From contig MU626335.1 of assembly GCA_025603075.1 (NCBI GenBank), positions 1 through 64,000 of the forward strand: a DNA stretch of 64,000 bases. The letters are read 5' to 3'. The notes beneath the pieces were generated by a model. That model saw nothing but the letters and a program-made list of their open reading frames with translations. It had not been told where the DNA came from and did no database searches. The position numbers and the translations under genes were made by a program. Source of the DNA: Neoconidiobolus thromboides FSU 785. Taxonomy: Eukaryota; Fungi; Entomophthoromycota. Position 1 is the first letter of the stretch, and every line of letters begins with the position of its first letter. Shown here in pieces: positions 50,061-61,592 of the stretch.

Positions 50061-50816
50061 AATTAAATGTTAAGTTAATATAAATTAATATTAAACAGCA
50101 TAGTTATTTTTTATAAATCCATAATTTTTAAAAAGCCTTCTATTAAATAATCAAACTTGAAGTTGATTGATAATAACCCTTAGCAGTCCAAGTTCTGTTT
50201 GAATGGCCATCTGAGCACTTTGTATTATTTTTATCATAAAATACTTTATAATTTTGCATTTGTCAAGCACTAATTTAAAACTATCTTTTTTTCTATAATA
50301 AAGCTATTATTTTAAAAATTAAATCAATTTCATAATACAATTTTTTGATTGAATGAATATTTAAATTCAATGAATGTGTGTTATTAATATTTTTAAAAAA
50401 GTATTAAAAGATTGTTTTTACTTATCAAAAAAACTTTAGAATTTAATCTTGTATTTATATTACTTTGCATTTTTATAGTGGTTATTTTCAACCCAAGATT
50501 TATTTTTTATTCAATTTTAATATATTTAAAGTTATAGTAAGGTAGAAGTATTATTAAAGAAAATGAAACGTAATGAGATTATGGCCCTTTTTTCCTCTTT
50601 ATTCATTCATTTTTGTTAATAATACGTTTGAAAACTTATACTTTTTTATATATGTTTGAAAAAAGATTAGATGTTACAAAATACTTTTTTATAATTACTT
50701 TAAAATTAGAAGTTTAAATTTATCAATTTATAAACTTAGTTTATTAATTAAAAAATTGAATAAAATAAAATAAAATAAAATAACAGTATATGGAAACAGT
50801 TAATTAGTTAAATACA

Positions 50817-50923
50817 ACATGGGAGTGTTTTTTTTGACTTCATTATTTTTTCCATTTTTAAGTACTATTTAAAGCGGAAAATTTGTTAGTAAAATTTTTA
50901 AACACAAAAATACATCCCCGTAT
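50817..50923 (-). mobile_element. MITE-like family 1, copy 22
   Basis: ACATGGGAGTG...CATCCCCGTAT. Confidence 0.82.
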
Positions 50924-51042
50924 ACGAATTTTCAATTTTGATAGTTTAATTGAAGTTAATTGAAATTGAAATTGAAATTGTTCCCAAATGAGTCTACTTT
51001 GATTTAAATGTGTATCCTCAAAAATGAAATATTTAAATAAAT

Positions 51043-51149
51043 ATACGGGAATAATTTTTTTGCTTTCATTACTTTTTCCACCTTTTAAGTGCTATTTGAG
51101 CCGAAACATTGTTAGTAGAATTCTTAAGCAAAAAAGTATATCCCCATAT
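51043..51149 (-). mobile_element. MITE-like family 1, copy 23
   Basis: ATACGGGAATA...TATCCCCATAT. Confidence 0.8.
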
Positions 51150-51628
51150 TATGAAAATAGTACGTATTATTAAAAAAGAACTTTTATCCTTTTTATCTTT
51201 TTTGATAATTTTCAGTTAATTTTTCTTAATTATAATAGTTGTGTTTTATCGATTTTAATTTATAAAACTTTAGCTGCTGACTTTTAGGAAAATATTAATT
51301 AATAAAAAATTAAGTACTATTCTTTACTATAAAAAAAGTAAAATATAAAAACATTATGCTGAATAAATACTTTAAAAATTAATATTAGTATCAAATACAA
51401 TTCCAAATAATAAAATAAATCTGCTTTTAATATTTTCTATCAAATACTAAATAAACCTAAGTTATAAGCCTTTTTAATAAAAAATAGAATAAAAGTATCA
51501 AAGTAAGTTAAAAATAAATCAAATATTATAATAAACGTTAAAAAATATATGTAAAAAGCGAAGATAAAGATAAATATGAAACAAATTTGCTATTAATTCG
51601 AAACAAAATAAAGTTAGTATTAAAAATT

Positions 51629-51733
51629 AAATGGGGATGTATTTTGTATTTAAGAATTTTACTAGCAATTTTTCCACTTGAATAGTGCTTAAAAGATGGA
51701 AAAAGCGATGAAGCCAAAAAAACATCACCAAAT
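51629..51733 (+). mobile_element. MITE-like family 1, copy 24
   Basis: AAATGGGGATG...CATCACCAAAT. Confidence 0.85.
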
Positions 51734-52123
51734 GCTGAAATTGATAAAGGCTTTGAATTAGAACTTACTAAATAAGGTAAATTAAAGTGATTTAAAAAAA
51801 ATCAACTTTAAATTAAATGATCGAAAAACAGAAGCCCATTTGAATCTTAAATACCAAAAACCAGTCAAGAGAAAAGTAAAAAGTAAAAAATAAAATAAAA
51901 TATTAATATTCTTATTTCCCACTTATTTGAATTAAAAAAAGAACTTTGGGCTTTTAGTTCATCTTTAATTAAATTGATTTTATATCTATTCAATAGAACA
52001 GCATTCATTATTTAAGCCCATTTCTTTTATAATTAACGACCGATTCGAAGAGATTATAAAAACCTAGTTACAATCTTCAAAGTACAATATCAAATCAATC
52101 ATTCTTAACATTAAATCAAAAAA

Positions 52124-52603
52124 ATGAAAGCATCCGTTATTTACACTTCTATCTTATTTGCTATCACTTTAGCTGTACCAATTAATGAACAAGCTAATCA
52201 ACAAGCTAATACTTCTACTTCATCTAATACAGATGGTAAAGTAGATGGTAAAGGTTTTGATTACAATGGCTATGGCGGCTATGGAGGTTATCCCTATAGC
52301 GGAGGTTATGGAGGCTATAATGGTTATAATGGAGGTTATAATGGAGGTTATAATGGAGGTTATCCTTATAATTATAATTATGGGACTAATTTTCAACAAC
52401 CACAATCACAACCACAACAACAACAGCAATCGGGAGGTATTTTAAATGGGTTATTAGGACCTAATGGTTTAGTTGGTGGTTTAGTTGGTGGCTTATTAGG
52501 CGGCGGTAGAGGACAAGCTCAAGGACAAGCTCAAGGACAAAGTAATGGACTATTAGGTGGATTGTTAGGTGGTGGTAACGGCGGTCTTTTAGGAATTTTA
52601 TAG
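52124..52603 (+). CDS. Secreted Gly/Tyr/Asn-rich protein (array member b)
   Basis: MKASVIYTSILFAITLA|VP; VDGKGF; (GGYN)n; polyQ; GGILNGLLGPN...GGLLGIL; GATTATAAAAA TATA at ~52052. Confidence 0.9.
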   Translation: MKASVIYTSILFAITLAVPINEQANQQANTSTSSNTDGKVDGKGFDYNGYGGYGGYPYSGGYGGYNGYNGGYNGGYNGGYPYNYNYGTNFQQPQSQPQQQQQSGGILNGLLGPNGLVGGLVGGLLGGGRGQAQGQAQGQSNGLLGGLLGGGNGGLLGIL

Positions 52604-53375
52604 ATAGGTAGGAGTAGAGTTTAACTTATTCTCTGCGAATTATATATATATTTATATTAAAATAAAAAATGAATTGAAAATTCGATTTTGTTAATGAATA
52701 ATAATATAATTATAATTTTGACATTTAAAATCTAAAAACTATCATTTCTATATTTAAATTAAAAATAAACATATATGATTTAAGTTTAATTTATAAAATA
52801 CATTATTGATTGTTTTTTATTAATTTGTTCATTTTTCATTCAACGTAAAATTTACAAAATTACTATTTAATTATTTAAAAAAATCTTTAATATGCTTTAT
52901 CTTATAATTCGAAAAGATGAGTAATTTTTATGAAATTTATTTTTTATTTATACTTTTGTACAAAATATTAAGATCAGAGAATAATTTTACCTTAGGTTTA
53001 AAGTTAGCTATAGTTTTTTCATATTATCTACAAAAAGTGCTCAAAATTAACTAATCAATATGAAAGAAACATCAAAAGCATAAAGCTTGTTTTAATTTAT
53101 ACTGAGAATTAATAAAGTTATAACAATTTAACCCAATATTTACTAGTTTACTATCTAACAGTCAATCCACAAACCGTAGCTCTATTAAATCACTACAATG
53201 TTAATTGAGTTAACAAACAAATCTTAATATATCTAATGAAGCCTATTTATTTCAACTAACAACTGCAAAACTAAAAGATATGTAAAAGAGAAACTATTAC
53301 CTTTAAAATAAACATAAAAAACTTCAATTTTGAGTTTAATTTTAACTTTAACTTTAACTTTAACCTTACTTAAGA

Positions 53376-53790
53376 ATGAAAGCTTTCTTTATTTTTATTT
53401 CATATTTATTCTCCTTAGTATTAAGTGAAGCAACTGAAGAACAAATCCTTACTGCTGATACTCAAGCTTCTACTAATATCAAACAAGCTTTCGCTTATAC
53501 TCCTATAATTGGTAAATCTTTCAATTACTCAGGTTATCGTAGTTTTAACAACTACCATAATTATGGAAGTAACGGTCACTCTTAACAACAACAGCAACAA
53601 CAGTCGGGTGGTCTATTAGATGGCATAATAGGATCTGATAGTTTAATTGGTAGATTAATTAAATCTAGTAATTTGATTCCAGGTATTGTTAATGGAGTGA
53701 TTGGAGGACTTACTGACCATAATGCATATGATTAAGAATAAGGACAAAATAATGGATTGTTAGATGAGGTTATTGAAATGAGACAATATA
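53376..53790 (+). pseudogene. Array member c, interrupted by nonsense codons
   Basis: MKAFFIF..., IIGKSFNY; TAA at 53583, then in-frame QQQQQQSGGLLDGIIG...; further TAA at 53733 and 53739 before GQNNGLL, aligning with GQAQGQSNGLL of member b. End approximate. Confidence 0.75.
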
Positions 53791-54746
53791 CCTCTTTTAA
53801 ATAGTTTATAAAAGATGAGGGGTTCGGAAGTTATTTATGGCCTTGGGATTATTAAATTTAAATTTATGTTTATATTGGAATAAAAAAGGAATTGGAATTA
53901 GTGTTGGTTTTATAAATTTTGGAAAGAATGAATTTTATAATATTTAGCTGCTGCAACTTTATTGTAGTCAAATCTGCAGTGATTTTTAGAATCAATTATT
54001 GTTTATTTGGTTTTTTAGAGCCTAGGTTTTTATTATAATCTGATTTTATCAAAATATTATTTCTAAATAAACAGTTAATTAGGTCATAAAAAAGCTTTAG
54101 CAGCTGTATTAATAAAAAGTTGAAAGAAATATACACTTAAAAAAATCCAACTACAGTTATTGGGAGTCTGTTGGGACCTAATTTGTGGTAATTTTTAGAG
54201 TCAGTTGCTTTATTTTTTTGATGTTTAATAAAGATTTTATTCACTGTTAGATGAATCTTACTCATAAATGTGTAGTTAAAATTATATTGTAAAAGAGCCT
54301 CAACAGTTGGATTTAGGAATAAAAAACTTCTAAGAGTTTCAAATCGGGAAAAAAATTGACCGAGTTAATTTACCCATATTAATCTTACATATTAAGTTGT
54401 TTTTTGTATTTTTGGAATCTTTATGCAAGTAAAAGTGTTTAAAAAGTGATTGAATAACCACTGCAAAAGTTAAAAAAATTAACATTGAATTCAGTGTTAA
54501 TTTTACATGTCGAGAATAGCTTCTGCTGCAGTCGATAACATATTACTTACCATGTGTATGAAAAATTCCGAACATATAATGAGTGACTTATTAGGACCAT
54601 TTAGGCTTTACTTTCAATACCAAAACTACCTGGGCTTTAATTTTTAGTTTCTTATTAACATGAATAAAAAAAGTAAATTATAGTTTCATAATAATTTATA
54701 GATTAGATTCGATCAATCTAAGAAAGATTTCGAAATCTACAACAAT

Positions 54747-54851
54747 ATATAGGGATATTTTTTTTGGCTTCATTGTTTTTTCCATCTTTTAAGCACTATT
54801 TAAGTGGAAAAATTGCTAGTAAATTCTCAAATACAAAATACATCCCCATAT
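54747..54851 (-). mobile_element. MITE-like family 1, copy 25
   Basis: ATATAGGGATA...CATCCCCATAT. Confidence 0.85.
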
Positions 54852-55303
54852 CGTTTAGTCAACCTATACTCACTACTTTAAATTTAATGTTTTCTTCCTA
54901 GAATGAAAAGTTAGAACTTTTCTATAGTAAACGCTACCTTGGACATTGTTTTAACAAAAAAGTAGAATAAAAACAAAGTTCTCAAGTAAAAAAAGAAAGG
55001 AATAAAAATCAATTCAAATCATACATCTTGAAATTAAAAGCCCATTTTAATATTCAAAACAAAAATATTAAATATTAAAACTAGTTTAAAAGTTTAATTC
55101 AATGTCTTATTATTCTTATCTACATAACAATAAAGTAATCACGGCTTTCTACTTCAATCTAAAAATAAATTCTTTTAACAAACAAATGACAATTTACTTC
55201 TCTAAGCGCATTTATTTAATACTATAATTACCAACTAATGACTATCGCCAAAATAATATATAAATGCCTGAAAACTATCTTCAAAATATAAAAAAACAAA
55301 ATA

Positions 55304-55702
55304 ATGAAAACATACATTACATACATTCCTTTTTTATCAGCACTTACCCTAAGCTCACCAACAGATGAAAAAGTATCTAGTGAATTACAAGCTTCTAGTG
55401 ATACTTCTGTAGATAATAAAAGCTTCCTTTTCAACGGTAACAACGGTAACAACGGCAACAATAGAGGTAATAGAGGAAATAATTATCGTCAGCGCTGCCC
55501 TTTCTTTAATGGGTCTACTGGCTCTTCTGTAGATGGTAAAAGTTTGCTTTCGAGTGGTAAAAGCTGTCCCTTCCTTAAAAGATATAAAAGTGCTGGTCAA
55601 CAACAACCTCAACCTCAACTACAATTTGATCCCCAGCCTCAAGAACCTCAACAAATACCCAAGCGTCAACAACAGCAACACCAAAAACAACAGCAACAAT
55701 AA
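55304..55702 (+). CDS. Secreted Asn/Gly/Gln-rich protein (array member d), possibly C-terminally truncated
   Basis: MKTYITYIPFLSALTLS|SPTDE; VDNKSF and VDGKSL; two CPF motifs; KR sites; polyQ ends in TAA-CAA-TAA followed in frame by PGWWGF (cf. SGWWW of member e). Confidence 0.75.
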   Translation: MKTYITYIPFLSALTLSSPTDEKVSSELQASSDTSVDNKSFLFNGNNGNNGNNRGNRGNNYRQRCPFFNGSTGSSVDGKSLLSSGKSCPFLKRYKSAGQQQPQPQLQFDPQPQEPQQIPKRQQQQHQKQQQQ

Positions 55703-56756
55703 CAATAACCGGGTTGGTGGGGATTTAATAAACGAAAAAGATCTGTAATATTTTTTATTTCTCTCTTCATAGTTTTTATATTTGTATTTTAATTTGCTTT
55801 TAAAAATTGAGTTAATACCAATTATAAGCGTTTATAAATTGTCCTCAAATTAATGACATTTATTGAGAGGTAACAAATAATGTGACAACCTTTTTAAAAA
55901 AACTTGAAATCATAAACCCTTTTAAAGTTTATTTATTGAACAATTTTGTTGAGGATATGGTTTAACGAAAGGGTATCAAAGATTGATAAAATAACGATTT
56001 CCATATTTTAGTAATTTAAAATACTATAGCACTATACTTCGGTCAATTTTAATTTTATACACTAACTTACAATTAATAAATAATGAATACAATTTATATT
56101 GATATACTAGATCCATATCAAATACTAAAAAGGTATATTTAAGAGCTAGTAAACTGTGTACTTACTATATTTACACGGGTTTTGTTTACATTTAGTAAAT
56201 TTGAAAATTTATCTAAAGTTAATAAAAATTACTAGTTTGACTTGATCTAAATTCCCAAAATTTATAAGTGTATGTTTTCTTAATTTATTCTTTTGTTCAC
56301 TTTTTATATAATATAAAACCTAAAAATAGCTTATGAATGAATACTAAAATAAAAAACATTACCATGTTCTTATTTTAGAACTAAAGAAAAAACACTATTT
56401 TCATAGTATTCTGCTTGAATTCTAATTTTGAGCTGAGTTTTACTCACATTATTTAGACAGCTAAAAATCAACTCAAGTTAAATACAAAACTGAAAGCCCA
56501 TCTTAACATCAAAGCAAAGGGATCGCTAAAGAATAGCAATAGTATAATCTGATATGTTAGTATTTTATCACTACAAGGAAACAATGGCAGTAATCTTTCA
56601 CTTCAATTCGAAATTGAACTGCTCTGGTAAACAAACAGCAACCTTAATTGATTAATCGCATAGATTCAATAATGATATAGCCAGTCTATAGTTACTTATC
56701 AAGAGATATATAAAGTCCTAACTTAATCTTCAAAAAATCAACAAAACAAAAAAATA

Positions 56757-57171
56757 ATAAAAGTATTTCTTGTCTATACTTCCTTGTTATTGGCTTTATT
56801 TTTAGTGTCTCAATTGATGAAAATATCTTTAATGACCTACAATTAAGTGCATGCACCTATATAACTAGTAAAAGTTTTCATTCCAAGGATAAAAAAGACT
56901 GTGATTGCAATGAAATGTACCCAGTAGTGGTTATAAAATTGGAAATTATAAACAGAGCGATCACTCCACATAGAGCCATGGAAGTGTTAATCAGCTTTAC
57001 CCTCAGCAACCTATGCAGCCTGAAAAGCCCAAAAAACCTCATCAAACTCATCCACTTCAAAGGCCTCACCAAATTCAACAGCGATAACGACACTTATAAG
57101 GTGGTGGATAGCAGCAAAAGCAATCGGATGGTGGCGACAATGGTAGAGATGTCCTTTCAGGGATTTTTTAA
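56757..57171 (+). pseudogene. Array member h, pseudogene
   Basis: TATA GATATATAAAG at 56705; ATA-AAA-GTA-TTT-CTT-GTC-TAT (start lost); frameshifts; TSKSF; QIQQR*RHL*GGG*QQKQSDGG...LSGIF* mirrors members e and b. Confidence 0.72.
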
Positions 57172-58778
57172 TTAATGTTAATTTACTTCATTTTTTATTA
57201 TTCGGATTTTGCTTCGATATGTCTCCAAATAAAAACTAACTTTAAGCTAGAGTTATTTTATAATATTTGTAAACTATTTTTTGATAATCCAAAGTTTTAT
57301 CAAGGGGTAATTATAGATACAGTTAATTTTATATTTATCAAAGGTGTAAAACTATTGTGTGTTTATTTATTTAGCATATTTAAGGGATGGTTTAATGAAG
57401 GAATAATAAAGGTTTAAAAAAATGAATCTTGATAGATCAATGATAATAGAATTATCTGTTAGTTTCATTTAACTCTATTTTATATATTATCTTACACTTA
57501 ATAAAAAAAGAAACACAACAAACGTTTTATCATTGTATTTAGTATTGCTATTTTTTAGCATTTACTCGACTCATTACTATTAGAGATGATTAAAAGCCAA
57601 TATAATATACATTAATAAAAGAAATCTATGTTAAATATCAAAAATATTTTACCCAAAGTCTAACAGTCTAAGCATATACCATTATACCATTACTCTATTG
57701 CTTAATTATCTATTACTTAATTATCTATTGGTTAATTATCTATGGCATGTTTAAAAAATGATTTAATTAAAATTTCAATCAAAATCAAAATCAAAATCAA
57801 AATTGAAAAAATTAGTGAGCTTCATTGTTTATTAATTATCCATTCTTATGCAGCATTAAATTTTAGAAAAATCATTGCAAAAAAACATTTCCAAATAATT
57901 TTAAAGTTAATGTTGACTTCTCCATACTATTCAGTTTATTCTTTATTTTTTATAAGAGATCATCCGGAAAATAATTGTACCTTGGGTCAAAATTTATCCA
58001 CATATTGTTACAATTTAGACCATCTTTGAACTTTTTAATGCTTAAAGTATAGCTATTGCAGCTTTTTTACAAACTATTTAGCATGAATTTTTAGAATTAA
58101 CTAATTTTTATAAAAGAGTTTTTGATGCACAATTCTTATATTTTGGAGAACTTTAGTAGTAACTTTATTCTTAAATAAACTGAAAAATAGTTGAAAATAG
58201 TTTTAACAGAGGTAATTAGCTTTCAAAACTAGGTTAATTTTTGACTATCTTTCACTATACAGTTATTTCATCTCTCTTTTAGATAGCTAATAATTCATTT
58301 AAGAGTAAATATTTATCTAAAAGTAGTTGTATATATGAATGAGATTTTAAAAATTAGTTATAAAAATTGATAAAAATTAATATTAAACTTCGCAAAAAAG
58401 ATGAAACGTAAAAGTCGAATTTATTTTTTATTCATGCAAAATGAAAAGAATAAAAATCAACCTAAATTTAAAGTAATAAAGCTGAAAGCGCATTTTAGCA
58501 TTTGAAGGAAAAAAATCAACATAAAGAAGTGCTAACGATTTAGCTCAATATTTTATAGCTTTATACTTGCACAATAATAGATTATTCAAGGCTTTCTATT
58601 TCAATTCAAAGTTGAAGTGTCCTAGTAAAAAACAACGTTCATTAACTATGCGCAATTCATTCAATATTATAATTATTAAGTTGTAACTACTTGTTAAAAA
58701 GATATATAAAGACACTAGCTTTTAATCATTCAAGAAATATTAAGATAACATCCTTGAAATTAAAGGAACGATTAAGCA

Positions 58779-59117
58779 ATGAAAGCATCTCTTATTTATA
58801 CTTTGGCTTTATTAGGATATACCTTAGGTGCTCCAACTAGTGAAAATAGTTCTTCAAGTATACATAATTCTACTAATACTTCTATAAATGGTAAAGGTTT
58901 CCATTATGATGGTGGCTATGATGGTGAAAAAGATGGTCGATTTAGCCCTGGAAATTATGAAGGTACTTATAAGCCTCAAATACAAGCTAGACGATTCATA
59001 CAGCAGCAGCAGGAACAGCAACAACAGTTATGGGGCGGTGGGCAACAACAACAGCAACAGCAGTCAGGTGACGGACAACAACAACAACAGCAACAACAAT
59101 CAGGCTGGTGGTGGTAA
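58779..59117 (+). CDS. Secreted Gly/Gln-rich protein ending SGWWW (array member e)
   Basis: MKASLIYTLALLGYTLG|AP; INGKGF; polyQ blocks; TATA GATATATAAAG at 58701. Confidence 0.85.
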   Translation: MKASLIYTLALLGYTLGAPTSENSSSSIHNSTNTSINGKGFHYDGGYDGEKDGRFSPGNYEGTYKPQIQARRFIQQQQEQQQQLWGGGQQQQQQQSGDGQQQQQQQQSGWWW

Positions 59118-59725
59118 TAGATGACCATAAAATGTTAGGCCGAAGTAGTGATAGACTTTTAGGATTATTTAAATAGGATATCTTTTATATTTATGCCTCT
59201 CCCTACCTGCCAACACTTTTTATATTTATATTCATCAAAATAAAAAACAAATTGTTTTTAGGTTATATCCGTTTATATGTTTTTTTTTTGAAATTGGGTT
59301 TTTTTACTAAGGAATATGAGTTTTTTTATACATTTGTTGGAGTTTCAGGCTTTCGAATGTCTTTTTACTATATTTAAAGTATACTCTATTAAGAAGTAAA
59401 AATATATAACTGTAAGAAAGTTTTTAGAATTCATGTTATAAAATAATTTAGATTTAGTCTGAATAAATGATAGTTACATGCTATTTTACACTTAAAAGAC
59501 AAATATGCTCAATTTTTATTATTTCTGCCACTACTAAAATAAAAAAGTCAACACACATTACAAAATTAAACCCATACAAAATGTCAAATGCCTTTCATTT
59601 AAAACTTAGCAACATAAATGAATGTATTGAGAACACCAATTGAATATATCGGATATTTTTTCTAATTTTTTGTCCATTTTCTGGCACATAAAATTTAAAA
59701 AATATTACTAGCGGAATAATAATAC

Positions 59726-59829
59726 ATATGGAGGTGTTTTTTTAGTTACATTACTTTTTCTACTTTTCGAGTGCTGTTCGAGTGGAAGATTACTGGTAGG
59801 GTTCTTAAGCAAAAAAACACATCTCTATA
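59726..59829 (-). mobile_element. MITE-like family 1, copy 26 (diverged)
   Basis: ATATGGAGGTG...CATCTCTATA. Confidence 0.72.
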
Positions 59830-60902
59830 AAAACACTTTATACTGTTATCTTAAAAGTAAACAAAAAAATGTCTCATAGTAGTCACTCTTATTTATAATA
59901 TTCGTAATAAATCAAACTTGAAAAACAATTGAATTTTAAATTTGAATTTACTTAGATTATTTTACATAACCTTGGGATTAAGGTTTACAGCTGTTGCAGC
60001 TCTTCTACAATTATTTAGTGATGATTTTTATGGTCAAACTATTTGTATAATCGATTTTTTAAAGTCTTTTCCTTATGTTTTTGCCTAATTTCAACATGAA
60101 TTTTTTTAAAATGAGCAGACAACTAGGTCATAAAAGGATTGGAATAATAACATGTGTTATTCAAAATGATTAGTTTTATAAATTTTTTAGTTGGCATTTA
60201 GGACGAATGTAGCTTTTGCAGATTTAATACTACCCTAATTGATTGTTTAAAAGCAAATTTTAGTTAAAGATAGTTTAAAAGTAATAATTTGGCTCTAAAA
60301 AAAATCAACCAGGCAAATAGCAAACTCTAAAATTTATCACCAATTTGTTGTGATAGGTTCTAGGAAGATAAATATATATAGTAATATTTTTTTACCAATC
60401 GTCCTTTTTTACTATTTTAAAGTTTAAAAATTAATTAACCAGTATCTTTTGAGCTTGGATCTGTGCTGGCGAATGATGAATTTTATAACCAGCTATTTGT
60501 TCTTCATACTGGTTTGAGGCTTACTAACTTAACTTTTACTTTAGTTAGCAATTAGCTAGTAGCTAATGCACCTCTAAGTTTAGATAGCATACTGGTTAAT
60601 TAATTTTTAAATTTAGAATAGCAAAAAAGGACAATTAATAGAAAATATGCTTGATATTAAACTACTAAAAAAATATCTCAACATATTTTTAAAAAAATCT
60701 TTAAATTAAAACGCTAAATCTAAAATACAATTCGATATTTGAAGCAAGACAAATCAATAAAAAGAATAACAACTTTACTCAAATACCTTGTTATTTTATA
60801 CGTACAAACAATAGTTTAAATTATTTATCGGATTAGTTAAATAATCTCACTATCAATTTGTAATTGTTTATTAAAAAGATATAAAAATACGATAAATAAA
60901 TA

Positions 60903-61592
60903 ATAAAATCATCCCTTGTCAGTATTTCCTTATTTGCTTTAAGTTCAGGTGCCTCAACTGATGAACAAGCTTATATTGACACTCAAGAAAATACCAATAC
61001 CTCGGAAAAAGTAAAATTTTTCTTTACAGAGGTTCCAATGGTAGTAGCAGGGGTTTTAATGGAGGCGCTAGCGCAGGTATTCATGTAAGTATCAATATAA
61101 GGTATTCATGTAGGCTTCAATCGAGGCAATGTTGGGGGTATCAATGGAGGAATCAACATAGGCTTTGATTTAGGTATTAATAGAAGCTTTGATTAAGGTA
61201 TTGGTATAGGTTTTGATGGAGATAATAACCCAAGTTTCAATAGCGATACGAATAGGAGCTTTAATGTAAGTGACCGCAATCAATATTCAAGTGACTCTAA
61301 CAGTCTTAGAGGCGGTGGCCAATCTCAAACTCACAGATGCAAACCTCATGGACTTAAACTTCAAAAACCCAGTAGAGCGCATAATGTAGGGAACCATGGT
61401 CAAATTTTCTCTAGTCCAAATAGTTATGAAGATAATGATCAACCTGAAGAACCTTATCCCCAACAATCTCATACTAAACCCCTGCACCAACCAAGTTGAC
61501 AGAAATAGCAGTAATAGTCAAGTGACGGACAACAGTACAACAGTAATCGGGCTACTGGTGGTAATAAAGGTGGTCTTTTGGAGATCTTGTAA
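60903..61592 (+). pseudogene. Array member f, pseudogene
   Basis: ATA-AAA-TCA-TCC-CTT-GTC (MKSSLV with start lost), STDEQ; frameshifts near 61020 and 61100; G/F/N/I repeats; stops at 61194, 61497, 61506, 61512, 61515 in the former polyQ; ends GGNKGGLLEIL* like member b GGGNGGLLGIL*. Confidence 0.75.

Noticed and set aside
54150-54190. IGSLLGPNLW-like fragment (also TTATTAGGACC at ~54588) resembling the GLLGPN cap
   Set aside because: Too short, with no signal peptide or polyQ remnant nearby; cannot be supported as another array member.
57675-57802. 3 x 15-bp TTAATTATCTATT repeat and (CAAAAT)4; 95-aa ORF at 57742
   Set aside because: Ordinary AT-rich micro/minisatellites; the ORF has no family features.
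60440-60520. AATGATGAAT box-C-like motif between CCAGTAT/ATACTGG inverted repeats
   Set aside because: No properly placed box D (CTGA); insufficient for a snoRNA call.
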